Shown: positions 10,518 to 20,460 of the stretch, one piece after another
Position numbering within the stretch: the first letter of the stretch is position 1
Layout of the letters: each line of letters opens with the position of its first letter
Assembly: GCA_963848135.1 (NCBI GenBank)
Contig: CAWKCK010000003.1
Coordinates: 744,001 to 808,000, forward strand
DNA from: an uncultured delta proteobacterium
GTDB taxonomy: Bacteria; Desulfobacterota; Desulfobacteria; Desulfobacterales; SG8-13
Reading direction: 5' to 3'
DNA: 64,000 bases
Notes under the pieces: generated by a model
Seen by the model: only the letters and a program-made list of their open reading frames with translations
What the model was told of the DNA's origin: nothing
Database searches by the model: none
Position numbers and translations under genes: made by a program

Positions 10518-11253
10518 GGGTCTTGACTAGGACAGCGTAACCAAAATACGCTCAATCCCAGTCATGGCAATAAAAAACAAGTATATAAAGCGTTCAAAGA
10601 TTACAGAAGCCAAATTCAGGCAATTAGTTAAGTTATTCGCACATGACCTGGATGCACAAACGATTGCCTCTTTAACAAACCTTAATCGTAATACCGTTAA
10701 CCGTTACCTGCGGCTCATTCGCAACCGCATAGCCGAGGTATGTGAAACCCAATCGCCGTTTAAAGGCGAAATCGAAGTCGATGAATCATACTTCGGTGGT
10801 AAACGCATCAAGGGCAAACGCGGCCGCGGTGCTTTTAAGAAAACCCCTGTGTTTGGTATTTTCAAACGTGGCGGCAAAGTCTACACTGAAATCGTTCCAG
10901 ATTGCGCTAAAGCCACTTTGCAAGGCATTATCAGGGGACGCGTCGACCCCGATAGCGTTATCCATTCAGATCGCTGGCGCGGTTACAACGGACTGGTTGA
11001 CCTGGGTTACAAAAAGCATTACCGCGTCAGCCATGGTACCAACCAATTTGCCAAGGGGCACAGTCACATCAATGGTATTGAATCCTTCTGGGCATATGCC
11101 AAACACCGTTTGATGAAGTTCCATGGCATTGCTGAATCGACTTTCTACCTACATCTGAAAGAATGCGAATTTAGATTCAATAACCGTAACAAAAATATTT
11201 ACTTATTATTGCTTAAAATGTTTAGAAATAGGCCTCTGTTCTAGTCGAGTCCC
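10518..11253 (+). mobile_element. IS1595-family insertion sequence (IS1016-like, 736 bp)
   Basis: Left end GGGTCTTGACTAGGACAG versus right end reverse complement GGGACTCGACTAGAACAG (15/18 match). TAAAATTA is repeated on both flanks (10510-10517 and 11254-11261). Confidence 0.93.
10564..11244 (+). CDS. IS1595-family DDE transposase
   Basis: EVDESYFGG, GKRGRGA..KTPVFG, IHSDRWRGY, HINGIESFW, LHLKECEFRFN; the stop codon lies inside the right TIR. Confidence 0.95.
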   Translation: MAIKNKYIKRSKITEAKFRQLVKLFAHDLDAQTIASLTNLNRNTVNRYLRLIRNRIAEVCETQSPFKGEIEVDESYFGGKRIKGKRGRGAFKKTPVFGIFKRGGKVYTEIVPDCAKATLQGIIRGRVDPDSVIHSDRWRGYNGLVDLGYKKHYRVSHGTNQFAKGHSHINGIESFWAYAKHRLMKFHGIAESTFYLHLKECEFRFNNRNKNIYLLLLKMFRNRPLF

Positions 11254-11531
11254 TAAAATTATATTACCTGAAATTAAAAAAATGTGTTACAATGTACTCC
11301 ATTGAAACTCATTAAATAGAATCGCAGCCGGGACCCAAGATATGGGTCAATACATTTCCAAACATCGCAACATGATGTAACTATCTATAATTATATATAA
11401 TTATTAAACAATTAGCTTGACTTAAACACAATAGAATGCGATCATTAATAAGACCGAAAAGAGTGAACCCAAAAATTCAATCAACGATATCCTCTAAGAA
11501 TTCTGCCATACCAGTAAAGCTGATCGGGCGA

Positions 11532-11729
11532 ATGAAAGAAAACGCATTAAAGAAAACCAGGGAAGCCCTGCTGATGAGCAAAGCCGAACTCGCACGGGCT
11601 GCAGAGGTATCGCCGATTACGATAACCCGAATTGAAAATGGTTTACCATGTCGCATGGAAACCAAGCGCAAGATCATACTGGCCCTCGGACTCGAGCTTT
11701 CAGACAAAGACAAAATATTTAAAGACTAA
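11532..11729 (+). CDS. Small XRE-family HTH protein, first gene of the pil operon
   Basis: LKKTREALLMSKAELARAAEVSPITITRIENG; ends 10 bp before pilM. Confidence 0.85.
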   Translation: MKENALKKTREALLMSKAELARAAEVSPITITRIENGLPCRMETKRKIILALGLELSDKDKIFKD

Positions 11730-11739
11730 GAGAACGCAT

Positions 11740-12792
11740 ATGCTATTCGGAAAAAAGGACAAACTCGTCGGGCTTGACATCGGCTCCAGAACAATAAAAG
11801 CCGCCGAAATCGTCGATTCACCCAAAGGCCGGACACTGAAGCGATTCGGCATGATCGACCTCACTCCGGGTCTGATCGAGGACGGTACGATCAACGAACC
11901 CGAGGATGTTGCCGACAAAATTAAAGAGCTGTTCAAGACCTACAATATTAATGAAAAAAATGTTGCGGTATCGATCGGCGGCTATTCGGTTATTGTTAAA
12001 AAGATCAACGTTCAGACAATGGCCGAGGACCAACTCCAGGAGAGCATTCATTTCGAAGCCGAACAATATATTCCCTTCGATATCAGCGATGTCAATCTGG
12101 ATTTTCAAATTCTGGGGCCGAACGAGAATAATCCCAACCAGATGAATGTCTTCCTTGTGGCCGCAAAAAAGGAAATGGTCAATGATTTCATCAACCTTGT
12201 GACCATGGCGGGATTAAATCCCTGCATCATTGATGTCGAAGCGTTTGCCCTTCAGAATGTTTTTGAAGTCAATTATGAAGTCAAAGACGAGAACATCGCC
12301 TTGATCGACATTGGCGCAAGCAAAACCTCGCTCAACATCCTTAAGGGCAGTAACTCGGTTTTCATGCGGGATGTCGCCTTGGGTTGCGGCCAGATCAACC
12401 AGAAGATTATTTCATTGATCAATAGTTCGTTCGATGAATCGGAAGCGATCAAACTTGGGGGCCAGACAGATAAAATTTCTGCAGAGGACTTGAAGGAGAT
12501 CGTTATCGGTGTCGTTTCTGACTGGTGCACGGAAATACGCAGAGCCATCGATTTCTACTATTCAACCTACCCGGAAGATCAGATCAAAAGGATCATGCTC
12601 AGTGGTGGCGGTGGTAACATCTCGGATTTCCGCCAGCTTCTGGCGAATGAAACATCATCCGAAGTGACGACCATAAATCCGTTTGGCAACTTTGTCTTAG
12701 ACAGCAGCTTTGACCCTGCGTACATTGAACAAATTGCTCCCCAGGCCGCAATTACAATGGGCCTGGCCATAAGAAAGATTAACGATAAATGA
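11740..12792 (+). CDS. pilM: Type IV pilus assembly protein PilM
   Basis: LVGLDIGS, EAEQYIPF, IDIGA, LSGGG, GLA; actin-like fold. Start ATG 11740 is in frame with the ORF called at 11632. Confidence 0.95.
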   Translation: MLFGKKDKLVGLDIGSRTIKAAEIVDSPKGRTLKRFGMIDLTPGLIEDGTINEPEDVADKIKELFKTYNINEKNVAVSIGGYSVIVKKINVQTMAEDQLQESIHFEAEQYIPFDISDVNLDFQILGPNENNPNQMNVFLVAAKKEMVNDFINLVTMAGLNPCIIDVEAFALQNVFEVNYEVKDENIALIDIGASKTSLNILKGSNSVFMRDVALGCGQINQKIISLINSSFDESEAIKLGGQTDKISAEDLKEIVIGVVSDWCTEIRRAIDFYYSTYPEDQIKRIMLSGGGGNISDFRQLLANETSSEVTTINPFGNFVLDSSFDPAYIEQIAPQAAITMGLAIRKINDK

Positions 12793-13391
12793 TACGCATC
12801 AACCTGCTCCCTTTCAGGGCCGCCCGGAAAAAAGAAAACATCCGACGCCAGATTTCGGTCTTCTTTCTTTCAATTTTTCTAATGCTGGCCGTCCTCACCT
12901 TATACAATATGCATCTCGGAGGACGGATAAAGGCACTCAAAAAGAACGTGACCGTCACGGAAAGTGAACTGCAAAAATACCAGAAGATTACCCGGCAGAT
13001 CGAAGATATCAAAAAGAAACTGGCGATTCTGCAGAAAAAGACCGAAGTCATCCGCAAATTGGAGACTGACCGTTTCGAGCCGGTTCAGATACTCGAAGCC
13101 ATGACCGAGAAGATCATTGCCAAGCGGATGTGGTTCACGTCATTTAACGACCGTCCCAAGAATATCAAGGTTACTGGCATTGCGCTGGACAATAAAACGG
13201 TGGCCGACTTCATGACCCGCCTGGAAGGATCGGGGTGGTTTAGTGCTGTCAAGCTGAATACTTTAGAAAAGCATGTGGTCCAGGGCTCGAGCCTGAAAAA
13301 GTTTTCGATTGTTTGTAAAAAAAAGGTCGATACGAAAGACACACAAGTTAGTTCACCGAACAAAGCGAATAAGAAAAGAAAACGAACATGA
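12789..13391 (+). CDS. pilN: Type IV pilus assembly protein PilN
   Basis: MIRINLLP motif, TM helix, coiled coil; ATGA overlap with pilM. Confidence 0.93.
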   Translation: MIRINLLPFRAARKKENIRRQISVFFLSIFLMLAVLTLYNMHLGGRIKALKKNVTVTESELQKYQKITRQIEDIKKKLAILQKKTEVIRKLETDRFEPVQILEAMTEKIIAKRMWFTSFNDRPKNIKVTGIALDNKTVADFMTRLEGSGWFSAVKLNTLEKHVVQGSSLKKFSIVCKKKVDTKDTQVSSPNKANKKRKRT

Positions 13392-14032
13392 AAAAACCTG
13401 ATCTGTCATTGGATGCCTTTGAACCGTTTTTCGACAAAATCGAAAAACTTTCCAAAATCTATCGCCTCCTGATAAGTGCAGGGATCTTTCTGGTCTTCAT
13501 CGCTGCAGCGGTTTTCTTGTTCTATATGCCAAAATACAAGACCATCGATACGCTTGACAAAAAGCTTGCAAAACTCGATGCGGAGCTTCAAACGGCAAAG
13601 AAAAACGCCAAAGATCTAAAGAAGTTTCAGAAAAAAATGAAGGATGCCGAAGACCAATTTAAGATCGTTATGAAGTCACTTCCGGAAAAAGAAGAGATAC
13701 CATCACTGCTCACCAGCGTTTCAGACTCCGGAATAGAATCCGGCCTAGAATTCCTTTTATTCAAACCGAAAAATGAAGCGAAAAAAGATTTCTACGCCGA
13801 GATACCGGTTGCCATGAAGGTTAACGGCGATTTTCATAACGTTGCCATTTTTTTCGATCGGGTCGCCAGGCTGTCGCGGGTCGTCAATATCAGAAACATC
13901 TCGATGAAACCTGTTAAAGGGACCGATGCACTGGTCACATCATGCACAGCCGTGACATATAAGTTTATTGAAAGTGCTCCGCCTGCAAAAAAGAAATCGG
14001 CCAAGAACAAGAAAAAGAAAAGAAAAAAATAA
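13388..14032 (+). CDS. pilO: Type IV pilus assembly protein PilO
   Basis: TM helix and coiled coil, LPEKEEIPSLL, FYAEIPV...GDFHN...RVV; ATGA overlap with pilN. Confidence 0.93.
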   Translation: MKKPDLSLDAFEPFFDKIEKLSKIYRLLISAGIFLVFIAAAVFLFYMPKYKTIDTLDKKLAKLDAELQTAKKNAKDLKKFQKKMKDAEDQFKIVMKSLPEKEEIPSLLTSVSDSGIESGLEFLLFKPKNEAKKDFYAEIPVAMKVNGDFHNVAIFFDRVARLSRVVNIRNISMKPVKGTDALVTSCTAVTYKFIESAPPAKKKSAKNKKKKRKK

Positions 14033-14061
14033 CCAATGCTTAAACACAGAAACGATTCGAT

Positions 14062-15114
14062 ATGAGCAAACTGCGCGGTATCATTACACTGGCCTTATTG
14101 TCTTGTTTTGTTGTGGCAACCTGGGGTTGCGATTTTCAAAAGCAGACACTTCCAAAGCCCAAGGTGGTTAGAAAGAAAATTGTCGCTCCGAAAGCGCCCA
14201 CCGCAGTCGCCCGCAATAGTGCCCAGTCCGCAACGCCGGCTGCCACCATCGCTAAACCGGGGAAAAGCGTCCGGACATCGCCCCCGGTGGTGAAGAGAAT
14301 TTCAGCGGCAGAACTCAGGCCCAAATCCGATATTGCCGCAACACCGGCGAGTGGGAAAGCCTCACACGTGGTCGCCAAGAACATAGCGGCTCCGGTGACA
14401 GGACCGATTGCCATTTCACAGCCGAAGGCCCAAAAGCCTTCAAAGGCACCCGGCACGAAGGCGAAAAATGCATCAGTTGGGCAACCGGCAGAAAATCCGG
14501 AGGATAGTGGGTTACCGCCAGAGGCGGCTCGGCCCCGGCCGGCTCCCTCCGCGACCGTTGTCGTAGAGGTAAAGCCCGCGACAGAAGCCGTGCCTTCATC
14601 AGCCGCAGTGATTCAACCGGCAACAGCACCACTACCGCCCGAACCTGATACGGGAATATCGGCCGGTCCGGCCGCAACGGTTGCTGCCGTCACGCCCACT
14701 GTGAGTAAAAGCGCCACGACCGCTGGCAAGCAGAAGGAGGGGGTCCCTGCACATTATAACCCGCAAGGCAGGATCAATCCTTTTGAGCCACTTTTTAGGG
14801 ATGAGCCCGAAGCGCTGCCTCTCACAGCCAAGAAAAAAAGACGGGTCCCACGGACACCACTGGAAAGAATCGACCTCGGACAGCTAAAATTGGTTGGCAT
14901 TATCGTGGCCAGCAGCGGCAACAGGGCCCTGGTACAGGAAGCCTCCGGTAAGGGATATATTATTAAAGAAGGGACCTATATCGGCCTTCATTCCGGAAAA
15001 GTTACTGAAATAAAAAAAGATCGTGTTGTTATCGAGGAAGAAACCGATGAAGTTGTCGGAACACAGAAAATGCGTAACAAAGAACTCGTACTCCCGAAAC
15101 CTCCCGGAGAATGA
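14062..15114 (+). CDS. pilP: Type IV pilus lipoprotein PilP with a long Pro/Ala-rich linker
   Basis: Lipobox-like TWGC; C-terminal YNPQGRINPF...TPLERIDLGQLKLVGII...GYIIKEGTYIG domain; lies between pilO and pilQ. Confidence 0.9.
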   Translation: MSKLRGIITLALLSCFVVATWGCDFQKQTLPKPKVVRKKIVAPKAPTAVARNSAQSATPAATIAKPGKSVRTSPPVVKRISAAELRPKSDIAATPASGKASHVVAKNIAAPVTGPIAISQPKAQKPSKAPGTKAKNASVGQPAENPEDSGLPPEAARPRPAPSATVVVEVKPATEAVPSSAAVIQPATAPLPPEPDTGISAGPAATVAAVTPTVSKSATTAGKQKEGVPAHYNPQGRINPFEPLFRDEPEALPLTAKKKRRVPRTPLERIDLGQLKLVGIIVASSGNRALVQEASGKGYIIKEGTYIGLHSGKVTEIKKDRVVIEEETDEVVGTQKMRNKELVLPKPPGE

Positions 15115-15118
15115 TCTC

Positions 15119-17956
15119 ATGAGCACCGTATTTGCAAAAGTCGAAAAACGCACAGCACTGGCCATTTTTCTTATCGTCCTGTTCGGGCTGTCAAATGGTT
15201 GCACCGCCAACAAGCCGGTGGTCAATGAAGCGCCCAGCGGTCAGCAGCTTTCCGATTCAAAGCGCATCACCGGGATTACCGCTTCTGAGGACGATTCGTC
15301 CTATGTTGTCATGGTCAACGGTAATCGTCAGCTCACTTATACATCAGTAAAACAAAACCTGCCCCTGGGTATTTTGTTTTACTTTCAGGACACGGAAATC
15401 GACGGTGCTGTCGAGCCTCTCGTTTTATCGAACAATGAAATCATTGACTCCGTCGAAGTGTCTCCGATCAATGATAAACAGGATATTTCACGCCTGTTGA
15501 TCAGTTTGAAACAGGACGTTCCATATGAAGTAACGGCTGAAATGAAAGGCATCAAAATTTCTTTTGCCAAGCCCCATGGCAGCGCGATCAGTGAAGCACC
15601 GGCGAGTGAATCCGACATCCGTGATGTGCCCGCGGCTGCTGAACCGTCTGCCGCTGAGACAGCCACTGCTGTTCCGGCCTCCCGTCTTGAAGGTGTTTAC
15701 GTAAAGAAAATGGAAAATCAGACCCAAATAAACGTCAACGCCGACGGGACCATTGAAAACTTCAAGGTTTTCGCTTTGGATAAACCCGCCCGGATCGTAA
15801 TCGATATGCCAAATTTGAAAAGCCGCACCCAAGGTGAACAGGTGGTAAAAGCGGACTCCGAATCGGTGCGGCAGATTCGTTACTTTGGTTACCCCAAAAA
15901 GATCCGGATGGTTGTCGACACCCATTCGGCGTATTTGAAATCGTACTCGGCGGTTTCGACCCCGACCGGACTGCTGGTTCAGGTTGGAACAGAAGGCACC
16001 GTGACGGCGACAGAACCGCTTATTGCCGCCGAGAAAGCACCGCAGCCCGTTGTATCGACACCGGTACCGGCAGTAACCGAGACGGCCTCAACAGGAGGGA
16101 CTGCAGGTGCTGTTAAGGATAAAACGGCCTGGATAAACCGCCTTGACTTCATCACGGAAGATGCCGGTCAGTCGACCCTTATCGTCGGCACAACACGTCC
16201 GGTCACTTATGATCTCAAAAATACCACGGATACCCTATTGCAACTGCAACTGAACGATACGAAGCTACCAAAATACCGTGACCGTCCGCTGATCACAACG
16301 CGGTTTGAGAGCGCCGTTAACCGAATAACGCCCGTCTATAAAGATGCGGAGCCGCAAACAACCTTGGTGGCCATAGAACTTCGGGAGGCCGTTTCATACG
16401 ATATTGAACAAGAGGACGATGTTCTGATGATTCGGTTTGGTGCATCCACCATACCTCCCAAACCGATCGATCAGGCTGACCTGCCAGATTGGAAACAGGT
16501 TTTGGCCCAGACAGAGGTCGTAACCGAGAGCAAAGAGGCGTCACAGCCACAAATGCCAACGCCTGCTGATCCGTCGGCCACAGTGACCGTTCAAAGTGTT
16601 CAAGAAACACCGAGCGTTATTGAGGTTTTGGGAGCCGAAGTGCCTGTTGGGCAAGCGTCAGCGCCCGGTGTGATGACGATGACAATGGGTGCCCCTATGT
16701 CACCGGCGATGTCGGGCTACGCGACGCCAAAACGGTACACCGGTGAAAAAATAGCGTTGGATTTCTATGAAACGGACATTAAAAATGTGTTTCGTATCAT
16801 TCGTGAAATCAGTGGTAAAAACTTCGCTATCGACAAAGATGTTACCGGAACTGTGACACTGACTCTCGAAAAACCGGTTCCCTGGGATCAGGTCCTGGAT
16901 CTGGTTTTAAAGATGAATCGCCTTGGAATGGTGTATGAGGGCGATATTATTCGAATTGCCACGATATCGACACTGACAGCCGAAGAGAAGGCCAAGCAGG
17001 ATCAGATTGCCGCTGAACAGAAATCCCGGGCAGTGATCAAGGCCTTGGAGCCCTTGGTGACGGAATACATTGCCGTTAACTATTCGGATGCCGGCGGTGA
17101 GGTCTTACCCCTCGTTCAAAAGGTGCTGACAAAAGAGCGCGGAAGTGTCAGTGTCGATCAGCGCAATAACCAGTTGATCGTTACCGATACCGCAACCAAG
17201 ATTGGTCAGATTAAGGAAATTGTCAGCCGGATCGATACCGTGACTCCGCAGGTTATCATAGAGGCCAAGGTTGTTGAAGTCAGCGACGAGTTTTCGATGG
17301 AACTGGGTATCGACTGGCAAATGTCCTGGGGGCCGGGCACAATCGGCAATTTTGGTGTCGGTGGTGATGTTGCCATGAACTTCCCGTCGGCGTCTTCATC
17401 GACCGTGGGATTCAATTTCACCAAACTCGGTGGAACGCCATTGACACTCGAAGCCACTCTCAACGCGGTTGAGGCCAACAAACAAGGGCGGATTATCACT
17501 GCACCGAAAATCGTCACTCTGGACAACAAAAAGGCCAAAATCAAGCAGGGTGTCGAGTGGCCCTATCTGGAGCGGGATTCATCCGGTAATGCCACCGTAA
17601 AATTTAAAAATATAGACCTGCTTTTGGAAGTGACCCCAACGGTGACACCGGACGATCGCATTCTGATGAAGATATTCATTACCAAAAATGATATCGGTGT
17701 CATCACATTGGGCGTTCCGTCCCTGAATACTAACGAGGCGCAGACCGAACTGTTGGTCAACGATGGCGACACAATCGTCATCGGCGGCATCATCAAGAAA
17801 AACGAGCAGGAATCTTCTACCGGTTGGCCCGGTGTTAAACACATCCCGCTGGTGGGTTGGTTATTCAAAACCGAGTCGGATTCGAAAACCAACAATGAAC
17901 TGCTGATTTTCATCACGCCGAGGATCGTGCAACTCGAGCAGCGTCAAGTCCTTTAA
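15119..17956 (+). CDS. pilQ: Type IV pilus secretin PilQ
   Basis: AMIN-like repeats (e.g. FALDKPARIVID), YTGEKIALDF, VPWDQVLD, QVIIEAKVVEV, IPLVGWLFK, ELLIFITPRI. Likely start at ATG 15119. Confidence 0.95.
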   Translation: MSTVFAKVEKRTALAIFLIVLFGLSNGCTANKPVVNEAPSGQQLSDSKRITGITASEDDSSYVVMVNGNRQLTYTSVKQNLPLGILFYFQDTEIDGAVEPLVLSNNEIIDSVEVSPINDKQDISRLLISLKQDVPYEVTAEMKGIKISFAKPHGSAISEAPASESDIRDVPAAAEPSAAETATAVPASRLEGVYVKKMENQTQINVNADGTIENFKVFALDKPARIVIDMPNLKSRTQGEQVVKADSESVRQIRYFGYPKKIRMVVDTHSAYLKSYSAVSTPTGLLVQVGTEGTVTATEPLIAAEKAPQPVVSTPVPAVTETASTGGTAGAVKDKTAWINRLDFITEDAGQSTLIVGTTRPVTYDLKNTTDTLLQLQLNDTKLPKYRDRPLITTRFESAVNRITPVYKDAEPQTTLVAIELREAVSYDIEQEDDVLMIRFGASTIPPKPIDQADLPDWKQVLAQTEVVTESKEASQPQMPTPADPSATVTVQSVQETPSVIEVLGAEVPVGQASAPGVMTMTMGAPMSPAMSGYATPKRYTGEKIALDFYETDIKNVFRIIREISGKNFAIDKDVTGTVTLTLEKPVPWDQVLDLVLKMNRLGMVYEGDIIRIATISTLTAEEKAKQDQIAAEQKSRAVIKALEPLVTEYIAVNYSDAGGEVLPLVQKVLTKERGSVSVDQRNNQLIVTDTATKIGQIKEIVSRIDTVTPQVIIEAKVVEVSDEFSMELGIDWQMSWGPGTIGNFGVGGDVAMNFPSASSSTVGFNFTKLGGTPLTLEATLNAVEANKQGRIITAPKIVTLDNKKAKIKQGVEWPYLERDSSGNATVKFKNIDLLLEVTPTVTPDDRILMKIFITKNDIGVITLGVPSLNTNEAQTELLVNDGDTIVIGGIIKKNEQESSTGWPGVKHIPLVGWLFKTESDSKTNNELLIFITPRIVQLEQRQVL

Positions 17957-17973
17957 CATCTAATAAAAAGATC

Positions 17974-18005
17974 GCGGCCCGTCTTTCGGTTATAAGGCGG
18001 GCCGC
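17974..18005. terminator. Hairpin terminator between convergent pilQ and the TPR gene
   Basis: GCGGCCCGTCTT-N8-AAGGCGGGCCGC, with an A-run before and a T-rich tract after. Confidence 0.75.
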
Positions 18006-18010
18006 TGCTA

Positions 18011-18058
18011 TTTTATACCACTTTTCAATAATGATTCCGAAATACGGAAAGGTGGTAA
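18011..18058 (+). repeat. Dispersed repeat, hairpin-1 module only (copy D)
   Basis: TATACCACTTTTC...TCCGAAATACGGAAAGGTGGTA matches copies at 32317, 34852, 38881 and 40183. Confidence 0.75.
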
Positions 18059-18127
18059 TAATGATTGTCAAAATGAAAGCCTTGTCATTGTCCGCCCCCT
18101 CTTTGAAACCGAAAGAACTTATCCCCC

Positions 18128-18892
18128 TTAGCGAATGTATTGCAATTTTACCAGTGCTCTCTTGGCCTCCTGAGCTTCCGGTGAGGCCGGTTTGAGTTGG
18201 ACGACCCTTTCATAGGCCGCTTTGGCTTTGGGGATGTTCTTCAGCAAAACATAAGCTTCACCGAGATCGTAGTATGCTTCGGCAAACTCCGGGTAAAGGT
18301 CGGTTGCAGCAGACAGGGCGGCCACGGCTTCGGCGCCCTTGCCCATCGCAACATATGTCCGCCCCAGCCCTCTAAGCGCCGGAGGGAAGTTCGATTCCAG
18401 AGCCAGCGCATCTAGATAATATTTTTCAGACTCCTTAAAGTTCTTTTTTTTGTAATAGGCAAAACCGAGATTACTCAAAGGATAATGGGGTGTCGCATAC
18501 AACAGATCGCTGGTAACCTCTTTGAATACCGCGATGGCATCATCCCATTTTTCTTCCTCCAAATAGGCGACGCCAAGGTTGTTTTTGGCGACCGCATAGT
18601 CCGATTTCAAGGTTAATGCGTTCTTGAAGTGTTTGACGGCCAAATCCGGTTTACCCTTGGCAAGATAAACCTGACCCAGGTAGTTCTGGAGGATATGGTC
18701 ATTCGGGTACAGGTTTTCCGCGTCTAATAGGTACTTGAGGGCCGTCGTATAATCACCCGCCAGGTAATACTGTTTTCCCAGATCGCGCCAGGCAATTTCC
18801 CTTTTGCGCACATCCGCATTGTTACTGGCACATGCGGTTATAATAAGGATACCCACCCAGCAAACCGTCAATAACCATAGTTTGATTCTCAT
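18128..18892 (-). CDS. TPR lipoprotein, type IV pilus pilotin (PilF/PilW/Tgl-like)
   Basis: Lipobox ITAC, TPR repeats, AKNNLG and DLLYATP...NLG motifs; adjacent to pilQ. Confidence 0.8.
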   Translation of the reverse strand: MRIKLWLLTVCWVGILIITACASNNADVRKREIAWRDLGKQYYLAGDYTTALKYLLDAENLYPNDHILQNYLGQVYLAKGKPDLAVKHFKNALTLKSDYAVAKNNLGVAYLEEEKWDDAIAVFKEVTSDLLYATPHYPLSNLGFAYYKKKNFKESEKYYLDALALESNFPPALRGLGRTYVAMGKGAEAVAALSAATDLYPEFAEAYYDLGEAYVLLKNIPKAKAAYERVVQLKPASPEAQEAKRALVKLQYIR

Positions 18893-18963
18893 GCATGCCT
18901 CCCCCAATGAGGTCTGGCGTTAGAAAATACCACCAACAGTGATTTAAAGCAGCAAACTCAATT

Positions 18964-20460
18964 TTATATCAGTTTTAATCTACGAGCGACTTCTTCGGAT
19001 ATACTCTTGACGAACATATCGAGATCCTTGCCCGTCAGTGGCCTACCGGGTTCCGGCACCTTTTTGAGATTCGTCGGTCTTACGTACTGCGGCATGTTAA
19101 CGAGGTCCCCATCGGCTTTGATTTCGAACTCCGGTGGAAACGCATCGTCGAAATACATTTGCTGAAAACCGGCGAACTTCAACGCATGGGCAGTGGAATC
19201 TACGATTGCAATTTCATCTTCGGAAACCAGACCATTCTTCCTGGCCGTCACCAAACCCGCTAAGGATTCCCCGCCATGGGTACAAGCGATGTGGCCGTTT
19301 CTATTGGCCAGAAGTTCCCAGTCCATAATAGCCTGTTCCGTCACCTCAACCATATGAACACGTTGACCGCCGGCTTCCTGATTGTAGCGATTGACCAAAT
19401 GGATAACCCGGGGCATGGACACAGGATTACCGATCATGGCCGCTTGAGCGACAGAGGGTTTTACGGTGACGGGCACAAATTTTCTCATCTCCGGGACAGG
19501 TTCCCGATAGTAACGAAATACCGGATTGGCATGTTGCGACTGCACACCGATTATTTTTGGCAAGCTGTCAATGATGCCGGTTTCATAAAATTTAAGGAAA
19601 CCATTCATCACGGCAGTAATATTCCCGGCATTGCCTATCGGTAGGACAACGACTTTATCGTGCAAATCATATTCAAAATCCTGTGCGATTTCATAGGAAT
19701 AGGATTCTTGCCCCAAGATCCGCCAGGCGTTTTTCGAATTGAGCAAGGCCACATCATACGTTTCCGAAAGTCGCTCGACAACTTTCATGCAGTCGTCGAA
19801 CACACCGGGGATTTCAAAAACAGCGGCACCGCTGCCGAGAGGCTGTGAAAGTTGTTGCGGGGTAATATTTTTGTGGGGCAGCAGAACGGCCGATTTGATA
19901 TGGGGATTCAAATATGCGGCGTACAGGGCAGCAGCTGCCGACGTGTCGCCAGTCGAGGCACAGACGGCTAAGACATCGGATACCAATTCATGTTTGATCA
20001 GATAATTTATATATGTGAGGGCACTGGCCATACCACGGTCTTTGAAGCTGGCGCTTGGATTTTGCCCGTCGTTCTTGAAGTAATACCTCAGGCCGACCTT
20101 CTCCTGCATAAAGTCGTTGGCCTCGATTACCGGCGTGTGCCCCTCACCAAGATACACCACGTCCTCAAACGGGATTACCGGACCGATAAACTCCTGGTAG
20201 CGATAGATTCCCTTGAGGGCTGGCAGAGAGAGCATTTTTCGGTAGTCAAAGATACGATGCCAGGTCGCGCTATCGATCTGCCGTAATCTGTGGAATGAAC
20301 GATCTTCTAAGAGGAGCACCTGGCGGCACTTAGGGCAGGTATATAAAAGCTTTGCGATTCCATATTCCTCACGGCATCCCAAACAGCGGTAGACCAGTTC
20401 CCCTGTCGGCCGGGGAATGATGAGAGGGCGGATATCTTCAGGGAATTCTTCTATTTTCAC
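18964..20460 (-). CDS. thrC: Threonine synthase
   Basis: [18 protein letters not shown] (PLP lysine), [23 protein letters not shown]. Confidence 0.95.
   Translation of the reverse strand: MKIEEFPEDIRPLIIPRPTGELVYRCLGCREEYGIAKLLYTCPKCRQVLLLEDRSFHRLRQIDSATWHRIFDYRKMLSLPALKGIYRYQEFIGPVIPFEDVVYLGEGHTPVIEANDFMQEKVGLRYYFKNDGQNPSASFKDRGMASALTYINYLIKHELVSDVLAVCASTGDTSAAAALYAAYLNPHIKSAVLLPHKNITPQQLSQPLGSGAAVFEIPGVFDDCMKVVERLSETYDVALLNSKNAWRILGQESYSYEIAQDFEYDLHDKVVVLPIGNAGNITAVMNGFLKFYETGIIDSLPKIIGVQSQHANPVFRYYREPVPEMRKFVPVTVKPSVAQAAMIGNPVSMPRVIHLVNRYNQEAGGQRVHMVEVTEQAIMDWELLANRNGHIACTHGGESLAGLVTARKNGLVSEDEIAIVDSTAHALKFAGFQQMYFDDAFPPEFEIKADGDLVNMPQYVRPTNLKKVPEPGRPLTGKDLDMFVKSISEEVARRLKLI

Noticed and set aside
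18056..18078. Fur-box-like AATAATGATTGTCAAAATG
   Set aside because: The match is partial and lies between convergent gene ends next to an AT-rich repeat, not in a promoter.
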